Of a stretch of DNA of 64,000 bases, positions 57,046 to 64,000 are shown one piece after another; within the stretch, counting starts at the first letter, position 1; each line of letters starts with the position of its first letter. Source of the DNA: Actinomycetes bacterium. GTDB taxonomy: Bacteria > Actinomycetota > Actinomycetes > Mycobacteriales > Mycobacteriaceae. The stretch lies in the NCBI GenBank assembly GCA_023418505.1, contig JAEZZR010000002.1:48585-112584 (forward strand). The letters are read 5' to 3'. The position numbers and the translations under genes were made by a program. The notes under the pieces are model-generated. The model was not told the DNA's origin. It did no database searches and saw nothing but the letters and a program-made list of their open reading frames with translations.

Positions 57046-59622
57046 TTACTGCTTTACGTGCTGTTCTGATTGCTGCTCTGACTGTTGCTCTGGCGAAGTT
57101 CGGCGTTTGCCGATCTGCCACACAATTTCAATCACTGCAGCGGCGACAGCCCCGGTAGCAAGCGACGCTGCCAACAGCCCATTAGAGACTGGATATAGCT
57201 TGACCAGTTCGGCCAGCACTGGCACCGAGAACAACACCACATACGCGGCAGCAGAGACTGCTAGCAACGCTATCTTCCAAGGCTCATACGGCCGAGCTAC
57301 CACCACCAGCACCCAAAATGCCGCGACAATCAAAACAATCAACGTTGCCGTGGAGGCCTCGCCCACCACTGCTTCATCGGCTTGCGGGCCGGGATTAACT
57401 TGGAGCCAGAACAAGAACGTCGCCAAGCCAATAATGAAACCCGACGGTGCGGCCAAACGGAAGACCCTGCGAACGAAACCACTGCGCGCGCGTTCGTGAT
57501 TCGGCGCCAAGGAGAGCACAAATGCCGGGATACCGATAGTGAACCAGCCAGTGATGGTGACGTGGATCGGCTGGAATGGGTACGTCATGCCCAGGATGCC
57601 TACCAGCAGCGCGAGCGTGATCGAATAGATCGTCTTGGTAAGGAAGAGGTTCGCGACGCGTTCGATGTTGCCGATCACCCGACGACCTTCGCCGACGACG
57701 GCTGGCATAACTGCGAATTTGTCGTCCAGCAATACCAATTGGGCAACCGAACGAGTAGCCGGAGCACCTGAGCCCATCGCCACGCCGATGTTGGCGTTTT
57801 TGAGTGCGAGGACGTCGTTGACACCATCGCCGGTCATGGCCACGTGGTGCTTGTTTTTCTGCAACGCGGTGACCATCTCTCGTTTTTGCTCGGCGGTCAC
57901 ACGACCGAAAACGGTGCCTTGCTGTACTTGGTTGGCGAACTCATCGGTGCCAACCATGGGCAGTTTACGAGCATCAACTGGATTTTCAGCACCTTCAATG
58001 CCCGCTTGGCGGCCGACGGCACCTACTGCTGCAGCGTTATCTCCGGAGATAACCTTGATCTGCACGTTTTCACGGCCAAAGTAGCGCACGGTATCGGCAG
58101 CATCGGAGCGCACGGTTTCTTTCAGCACTACCAGTGCTAGCGGGTGCAGTTTGAAACCTTGCTCGGCGGCATCAGCAGCTGAGGTGTGTGCGCCGTGGGG
58201 TAGTTGATCGATTTGGGCATCAGTTTCGGCGAGGACCAGGACGCGCACGCCAGAGGCCATGAGCTCGAGAGCACGATCAAGTGCCGGCGTGTTTTCCTCC
58301 ACGAGGACATCCGGTGCACCAAGGACGAACGCGCGGGATGATGTGGCGCTGCTAGAGGCAACGTCTTTGGCGGCCACATCGGACGAATCATCAGCCACAC
58401 TGAAGCCACTCCATTTGCGCTCGGAGGTAAACGCCACATCGGAGGCGACGTCGAAAGGCGTGATGTCGGTGGAGGTGGCGGCCGTATTGGCGGAGCCGTC
58501 GCCAGCTTCACCGTTACCGCTATCCCGCAACCCCGTTGCGATAGCGCGGGCGGTGGCGTTTGGTCGCTCATCTAGCGTCGCCAGCGTCCAGAGCGCGCGA
58601 CGCACCAGTGCCTCGGAATCATCCAGCACCTCAATCGATCCGAGGTACATCGTGTTTTCGGTTAGTGTGCCGGTTTTATCCACGCACATGGTGTCAACGC
58701 GGGCAAGGCCTTCGATTGCGGGCAATTCGTTAACCAGCACACGCTTTTTGCCCAATCGGATCACGCCGAGAGCAAACGCTATCGACGTCATCAGCACCAA
58801 GCCTTCAGGCACCATCGGCGCCAAAGATGCCACCATCGCCAGTAGCGAGTCATTCAGATCATCCCCAGCACGGAATAACTGCGTGTAAATCGTCAGCGCA
58901 CCTACTGGCACCAAGATCCACGAAATCACCCGCAAGATTTCATTAATCCCACGGAATAGCTCTGAATCTGTCAGTGTGAATTTACTAGCTTCGGCCGCCA
59001 GCTTTGCGGCGTAGGCCTGCGCACCTACTTTCGTTGCTTGATAGGTAGCACTACCGGCAATGACGTACGTGCCGGAAAAAACTTCGTCGCCAGCTTGCTT
59101 GAAAACTGGCTCAGACTCGCCGGTCAACGGTGATTCATCGACCTCCAGTCCGGCGACGTCGCGCGCCACACCGTCAACCACAATCTGATCGCCTGCGCCT
59201 ACCTGGATCAGATCATCGACCACAATTTCTTCGCGGTCGATCTCCTTCGCATCAGCGCCATCGCGAATCACCATCGGTTTCGCACGCCCCACGATGGACA
59301 GCTTGTCCAGCGTGCGCTTGGCTCGCAGCTCCTGGATGATGCCAATCGACGAGTTAGCAATAATCAACAGCCCAAACGCGCCGTTTACCCACGAACCGGT
59401 GTACGCAACGATCGCGAACAGCACCGCGAGAATACCGTTAATGCGCGTCACCACGTTGGCGCGAATGATTTGGCCAACGGTTCGTCCCGACGTTGGCGGT
59501 AGATGATTGACCTTTCCAGCTTTACGACGCTCGTCTACCTGGCGCTGGGTTAACCCCTGCGAATCTGTAACGAACGAAGTGCTGGTGGCGGTGTCAGTTT
59601 CAGTGGCGCTCACCCGCTCCAC
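57046..59622 (-). CDS. Cation-translocating P-type ATPase (HAD-IC family, CtpE/CtpF-like)
   Basis: 858 aa. TGESEP, DKTGTLTEN, SGDN and MTGDGVNDVLALK motifs. Ala/Ser/Asp-rich insert in the N domain. Confidence 0.92.
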   Translation of the reverse strand: MERVSATETDTATSTSFVTDSQGLTQRQVDERRKAGKVNHLPPTSGRTVGQIIRANVVTRINGILAVLFAIVAYTGSWVNGAFGLLIIANSSIGIIQELRAKRTLDKLSIVGRAKPMVIRDGADAKEIDREEIVVDDLIQVGAGDQIVVDGVARDVAGLEVDESPLTGESEPVFKQAGDEVFSGTYVIAGSATYQATKVGAQAYAAKLAAEASKFTLTDSELFRGINEILRVISWILVPVGALTIYTQLFRAGDDLNDSLLAMVASLAPMVPEGLVLMTSIAFALGVIRLGKKRVLVNELPAIEGLARVDTMCVDKTGTLTENTMYLGSIEVLDDSEALVRRALWTLATLDERPNATARAIATGLRDSGNGEAGDGSANTAATSTDITPFDVASDVAFTSERKWSGFSVADDSSDVAAKDVASSSATSSRAFVLGAPDVLVEENTPALDRALELMASGVRVLVLAETDAQIDQLPHGAHTSAADAAEQGFKLHPLALVVLKETVRSDAADTVRYFGRENVQIKVISGDNAAAVGAVGRQAGIEGAENPVDARKLPMVGTDEFANQVQQGTVFGRVTAEQKREMVTALQKNKHHVAMTGDGVNDVLALKNANIGVAMGSGAPATRSVAQLVLLDDKFAVMPAVVGEGRRVIGNIERVANLFLTKTIYSITLALLVGILGMTYPFQPIHVTITGWFTIGIPAFVLSLAPNHERARSGFVRRVFRLAAPSGFIIGLATFLFWLQVNPGPQADEAVVGEASTATLIVLIVAAFWVLVVVARPYEPWKIALLAVSAAAYVVLFSVPVLAELVKLYPVSNGLLAASLATGAVAAAVIEIVWQIGKRRTSPEQQSEQQSEQHVKQ

Positions 59623-59682
59623 AGTAATGGAAAGTAGCCCTATCTATTGACAAACTGTTGGGTTTATACAACACTCTGACGT

Positions 59683-59967
59683 ATGAGCCCTCCAAAAAAT
59701 CCGGCGAAGGAACCGATTTACAACCGGATCGCAGTGCTACGCGCCGAGCACAACCTGTCTCGTGCCCAGCTGGCGGAAAAGATTTCGGTCAATCGACAAA
59801 CGATCGGAGCGTTAGAACGAGGCGACCACTACCCCAGTTTGGATCTCGCGTTTCGGGTCTGCGAGGTTTTTCACCTCCCCGTCGAGGCGGTCTTTTCCCG
59901 ACAAGAATTCCAACCCATGTCGCGCGAGCTCTACGCCCCAGATTCCCCAAGCAGAGCGCACAACTAA
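59683..59967 (+). CDS. XRE-family helix-turn-helix transcriptional regulator
   Basis: 94 aa. NRIAVLRAEHNLSRAQLAEKISVNRQTIGALERGDHYPSLDLAFRVCEVF is a typical short Cro/CI-type HTH. Confidence 0.85.
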   Translation: MSPPKNPAKEPIYNRIAVLRAEHNLSRAQLAEKISVNRQTIGALERGDHYPSLDLAFRVCEVFHLPVEAVFSRQEFQPMSRELYAPDSPSRAHN

Positions 59968-60032
59968 GCAACGCATGCAATCGAGATCCGACACAAGACA
60001 GAATCCAACACACAACAGATCGGAGCCCTCTT

Positions 60033-60596
60033 ATGACTTCTCTCATTGAACGCTGGAACACCCGGCGCGCCAACCGGTATCTCAGAAGACGGCAGGCAAC
60101 CCAAAATGCGTTTCCTGGGCTGCGTCGTCACTCCGCACGTCGCAAGCTCTGCCTCGTGCACTACGGCTTGACACTAGCGATGCTGATCGTAGCCATCATC
60201 ATGGCAAGCACAGTGCACAATTCGGAACTGGCTGCCCCCGACACCCCAAACTCTTACATTATTGTAGGCCTCTGGATCTTCATGACCATCTCGATAATGT
60301 TCACCTACGGGTTGCTGAATGTTGTCACCAATTACTTGGGACAAACTCCGGTTAACATTCTGGATGAATATGAAGCTTCCCAGGTGGAGGCGTTCCGCAG
60401 CTTTACCTACCGCATCGCTGACGGTGTGATTTTAATCTTCGTAATCGGATTAACCCTGGTAGGAAGCAAAATTGTCTTAGATTCACCAAACTGGGGTGAG
60501 CTATTGCCCTATCGCCTCGGGCTGATCGGAATTCCAATCTACATCCTTATCTTTTCCTTGCCCACAGTATTGTGCGCTTGGACGATGAAGGACTAA
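60033..60596 (+). CDS. Hypothetical membrane protein (about 4 TM) downstream of the XRE regulator
   Basis: Start trimmed to MTSLIERW (ATG 60033), because the upstream part of ORF 59658..60596 overlaps the XRE gene out of frame. No family recognised. Confidence 0.5.
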   Translation: MTSLIERWNTRRANRYLRRRQATQNAFPGLRRHSARRKLCLVHYGLTLAMLIVAIIMASTVHNSELAAPDTPNSYIIVGLWIFMTISIMFTYGLLNVVTNYLGQTPVNILDEYEASQVEAFRSFTYRIADGVILIFVIGLTLVGSKIVLDSPNWGELLPYRLGLIGIPIYILIFSLPTVLCAWTMKD

Positions 60597-60636
60597 AAAA
60601 ACGTTAAACATAATTAGTTAAAAAGGATCCAAGCAT

Positions 60637-61560
60637 ATGGCTTTAGAGTTAAAGAACTTGCGTAAATCCTACGGCGATCTCACAGTATTGCAGGATTTGA
60701 GTTTAACCGTTCGCGCGGGTGAAATTTACGGATTTGTCGGTGCCAACGGTGCCGGTAAAACCACCACGATGCGTATCGCGCTAGGAGTTCTCAGCCGCGA
60801 TGGCGGTACCACCACACTTAACGGGGCGGATATCGACGACACCGTGCGTCGCACGATCGGCTACATGCCCGAAGAACGCGGGCTGTACCCCAACGAAAAA
60901 GTAGCCGACCAGCTGCACTACTTTGCGGGCCTTCATGGATTATCTAAGCAACACGCAGCAGAAAACGTCGACAAGCTGCTAGAAATGCTCGATCTTTCCC
61001 ATCGCCGGGATGACAATCTGAATGCGTTGTCGCTAGGCAATCAGCAACGCGTGCAATTGGCGGCGTCGTTGGTGCATGACCCTGCGGCGTTGATTCTTGA
61101 CGAGCCATTTTCTGGGCTCGATCCAATCGCCGTCGAGGTGATGGCAACCGTACTCCGGCAACGCGCCGAGCAAGGTGTGCCGGTGCTGTTTTCCTCGCAT
61201 CAGCTGGAGCTGGTGGAACGGCTCTGCGATCGGATTGGTATTTTGCGCGATGGTGCACTGATCGCCGAAGGCACGGTGGCCGAGTTGCGCAGCGGGGGCA
61301 ATCAGGTCATCGCACTCACTGTAGAAGGCGCTAGCGACGAATCAAGCACACCCGCCTGGACAGCCAATATTTCCGGAATTACCCAGGTAGAAGCCGATCC
61401 GCACAATGCGCGACGCTACTTGTTTACGGTAGCTGCCGACGCCGCGCCGGATACCGATCAAGCTTTGCTTGCCGCCGCCACCAAGGCGGGCACGGTGCGT
61501 GAGTTCGCACCTATTGCTGTACCTTTGACCAAGCTTTACCAGGAGGTAATTCACTCATGA
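60637..61560 (+). CDS. ABC transporter ATP-binding protein (ABC-2/NatA-like)
   Basis: 307 aa. Walker A GANGAGKTT, signature LSLGNQQR, Walker B LILDEPFSGLD, plus a C-terminal accessory domain. ATGA overlap with the permease gene. Confidence 0.9.
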   Translation: MALELKNLRKSYGDLTVLQDLSLTVRAGEIYGFVGANGAGKTTTMRIALGVLSRDGGTTTLNGADIDDTVRRTIGYMPEERGLYPNEKVADQLHYFAGLHGLSKQHAAENVDKLLEMLDLSHRRDDNLNALSLGNQQRVQLAASLVHDPAALILDEPFSGLDPIAVEVMATVLRQRAEQGVPVLFSSHQLELVERLCDRIGILRDGALIAEGTVAELRSGGNQVIALTVEGASDESSTPAWTANISGITQVEADPHNARRYLFTVAADAAPDTDQALLAAATKAGTVREFAPIAVPLTKLYQEVIHS

Positions 61561-62888
61561 GCAACAATCAGTACTCAGCTGCCAGTGCAATTGGCTTGGT
61601 CACGAAGCGTGAATTGCGGGTCAATCTGCTGAAGAAATCCTCCATCATCACCCTGATCATCGGTGTATTGCTTGCCGTAGGTGGCGTCTTAGTGGCGTCT
61701 TACCTCACCCGCGATTCCGATGAAGAGAAAACCTACCAAGTGGCAGTAGTTGGCGAAGCCCCATTTGCTGCTGCCACCGCTGATGGTATTAATGCGCACG
61801 CGGACGCAGCTGGTACCGAAGAGGGGCAATCCGGATCTGGCGGATCTGCCGAATCCGCTGGATCGACGACTGCTGGTTCCGCCTTCCTCCCTGGTATGGA
61901 TGGTGGGACCGACCGCATCGAGCTGGTACCTGCTGCCGATGAATCAGCAGCTCTACGCATGCTAGTAGATAAACAAGCCGATGCCGCACTGATCCCAACC
62001 AGTGATCCAAAAGTGTGGACGTTCATTGATCTCGACACACCCAATTGGCTGGCCACAGCTTTCGACCAAGGGCTCACCCAACAAGTGCAAGGCGAAGCCA
62101 TCGCCCTGGCTGGCGGCGATCCAGCGGAGTTCTTTGCAGCTGCCGCCCAATCCGGATTAGTTTTCGAGAACTTCGAAGACGATCAACCAGCACACTACAA
62201 CGTCGATCCCGCAGAAATGATTACCGGCTTAATCCTGGTCGCCCTGATTTTCATGGCAATTCTGACTTTCGGCAACGCAGTGGCAGTTTCCGTAATCGAA
62301 GAAAAATCGTCGCGAGTTATTGAAATTATTCTTAGTACCATCCGTCCGAAGCATCTGCTGGCCGGAAAAATTCTTGGTACCGGAATTGCAGGACTGGTTT
62401 ATACCTTCGTAATTGTCGCCGCTGCTGCAATCACCGCAATTGCTACCGGATTGCATCAAACATTTACCATTCCATGGCACGTGGTGGGCTGGTACTTCCC
62501 ATTCTTTATCTTGGGATATTTCTTCTTTGCCGCTTTATATGCGGCTACAGGTTCACTGGTCAGCCGGATGGAAGATTTCGGCGGCGTGCAATTCCCTGTG
62601 ATGATTTTAGCGCTGGGCAGCATTTATGTACCCGCATTCGGCTGGCATTCGCTGGATAGTAGCTTCATGCAGGCATCTGGCTGGATTCCACCGGTTTCGA
62701 TCGGTACTGCTCCGCTGCAATACCTGGTGGGCAATTTGAATACCGCACAGTTACTGATGTCCCTGGGGCTATTGGCCGTAGCTGTAGCCCTAGTGGTGCT
62801 ATTCGCCGCTCGCGTCTACCCTCGTAACGTCTTGCGCACGGGCAGCCGAGTGCCATGGAAGCAGGCACTTTCCGGCAAAGAGGACTAA
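61557..62888 (+). CDS. ABC-2 type transporter permease (NatB-like) with a large extracytoplasmic loop
   Basis: 443 aa. One N-terminal TM segment, a loop of ~200 aa, then 5-6 TM segments. SVIEEKSSRVIEIILSTIRP is typical of ABC-2 permeases. Confidence 0.85.
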   Translation: MSNNQYSAASAIGLVTKRELRVNLLKKSSIITLIIGVLLAVGGVLVASYLTRDSDEEKTYQVAVVGEAPFAAATADGINAHADAAGTEEGQSGSGGSAESAGSTTAGSAFLPGMDGGTDRIELVPAADESAALRMLVDKQADAALIPTSDPKVWTFIDLDTPNWLATAFDQGLTQQVQGEAIALAGGDPAEFFAAAAQSGLVFENFEDDQPAHYNVDPAEMITGLILVALIFMAILTFGNAVAVSVIEEKSSRVIEIILSTIRPKHLLAGKILGTGIAGLVYTFVIVAAAAITAIATGLHQTFTIPWHVVGWYFPFFILGYFFFAALYAATGSLVSRMEDFGGVQFPVMILALGSIYVPAFGWHSLDSSFMQASGWIPPVSIGTAPLQYLVGNLNTAQLLMSLGLLAVAVALVVLFAARVYPRNVLRTGSRVPWKQALSGKED

Positions 62889-62896
62889 GCGCTCAC

Positions 62897-63907
62897 TTAT
62901 CTGCCGGCCAATTTCTGCATGATTTGGTCGGTAGTGCCATAGGAGCGTTGTGCGCCTAACGACGACGCAGCATACCCAGACACCACCGCAGCCACCTGGG
63001 CTGCATCTACTAGCGATAATTCTGCACCAAGGCCGGCCAACAAAGCCGCCAGATAAGCATCCCCGCACCCAGTGGTATCCACAACGGAAACTGCTACTGC
63101 GGGGATTTCTGCTACCTCATAACCCTGCTGTGTCTTTTCCACTACTACAGATCCCGCAGCACCTAGGGTGACTACCAGCTGGCTAATGCCATAAGCGTCC
63201 TCAATCAGCTGGGCGGCATGCTCCCATTGCACTGCATCGGTGTAGTGGCTTGAACCAGCAAGATCAGCCCCGAGGCCTACCAGCAACCGGGCTAATTCGT
63301 GTTCATTCACGATCAGCACATCCACTGCACTAAATAGCTGTTCCGATACCTCTTTAATCGGCGAATAATTCAGCACCACGCTCACACCGCGCTGTTTGGC
63401 CGCCTTGGCAGCGGCTGCCACTGCGTCGGTGGCTACTTCTAGACACAGGCCAACCACAGCTGCTTCGTCGTAAAGCTGCTCTGCTACTTCGGCCACGAAA
63501 TCGGAAGTCACGTGGCTATTAGCGCCGGCAGAGATCACGATCGTGTTTTCCGCTTCGGCATCCACCACGATCAGCGCGGTACCGGTGGGAGTATCCGGGC
63601 GACCAACCAGCGACGTATCTACGCCCGCCTTCTGCAACGAATCGCACAGCAAATCGCCGTGAGCGTCGTTGCCTACGTTGCCGGCAAAACGCACCTGAGC
63701 ACCCAATAGCGCCGCAGCCACCGCCTGGTTCGCCGATTTCCCGCCCGGCAGCTGCGCCAAATCCGATCCGGGAACGGTCTCGCCTGCCTGCGGTAGCTCG
63801 CGCACTACCACCGTGAGATCCACGTTCGCAGACCCCACTACCGCAATCTTCGGAGCTGCTTGTTTAATCTGCTGGAGAAGCGCAGTGCTGTTGGCTGTGG
63901 TTTTCAT
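62897..63907 (-). CDS. rbsK: Ribokinase (PfkB family)
   Basis: 336 aa. GGKSANQAVAAA and the C-terminal DTTGCGDAYLAAL motif. Confidence 0.88.
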   Translation of the reverse strand: MKTTANSTALLQQIKQAAPKIAVVGSANVDLTVVVRELPQAGETVPGSDLAQLPGGKSANQAVAAALLGAQVRFAGNVGNDAHGDLLCDSLQKAGVDTSLVGRPDTPTGTALIVVDAEAENTIVISAGANSHVTSDFVAEVAEQLYDEAAVVGLCLEVATDAVAAAAKAAKQRGVSVVLNYSPIKEVSEQLFSAVDVLIVNEHELARLLVGLGADLAGSSHYTDAVQWEHAAQLIEDAYGISQLVVTLGAAGSVVVEKTQQGYEVAEIPAVAVSVVDTTGCGDAYLAALLAGLGAELSLVDAAQVAAVVSGYAASSLGAQRSYGTTDQIMQKLAGR

Positions 63908-63911
63908 CGGT

Positions 63912-64000
63912 TTACTTACCGATCACGCGGCCAATGCGCGTCATGAACTCGTTGAGGAAGCGCTCTACATCCACGCCAACAGCAACGCGGGTGGTCACTT
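63912..64000 (-). CDS. 3' end of an unidentified CDS running out of the window
   Basis: Open frame ending ...VTTRVAVGVDVERFLNEFMTRIGRVIGK-TAA. Too short to assign. A nucleoside hydrolase next to rbsK is only a guess. Confidence 0.35.
   Translation of the reverse strand, partial: VTTRVAVGVDVERFLNEFMTRIGRVIGK

Overview
This 64-kb window looks like core chromosome from a mid/high-GC actinobacterium of the Corynebacterium/Mycobacteriales type. That guess rests on gene content and on synteny with two Mycobacterium tuberculosis regions as I remember them: mprA-mprB-pepD-moaB2-mscL ... galU-moeA1-rimJ ... pmt-rsmI ... metG-tatD-rpfB-ksgA-ispE, and purK-purE ... maf-sseA. I call about 65 protein genes, one tRNA-Arg(CCT), and two ribosomal protein genes that fall below the ORF-track cutoff (rpmF, rpmG). 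I also call several intrinsic terminators.

The genes are mostly housekeeping:
- metG, rsmA, rsmI, galU, purEK, gcvT, glpK and rbsK.
- A Cys-less alternative ribosomal protein cluster.
- Envelope and division genes: rpfB, pmt, a Glp/GlpR-like pair, and an MprAB/HtrA-like module.
- Many transporters: AbgT, CDF, two BCCT, a FecCD-type ABC importer, AEC, MctBC-like, a P-type ATPase and an ABC-2 exporter.

I found no rRNA, CRISPR array, transposase, integrase or obvious prophage.

The most unusual signals are at the DNA level rather than the gene level:
1. The exact 11-mer GCTTTACGACG occurs 13 times inside unrelated genes, in three different reading contexts, with a cloud of one-off variants.
2. 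Short tandem microduplications span stop codons at many gene 3' ends.
3. TGA is almost absent as a stop codon.

Gene-level oddities:
- An IspE homologue at the canonical locus whose catalytic motifs look degenerate.
- A 910-aa fusion of a polytopic membrane domain, a cupredoxin and a NirK-type copper nitrite reductase.
- An anti-sigma factor with no adjacent sigma factor.
- A long spacer carrying a terminator-like hairpin between divergent ribosomal protein operons.

All protein family calls come from reading the translations and from remembered family motifs. No database search was run.
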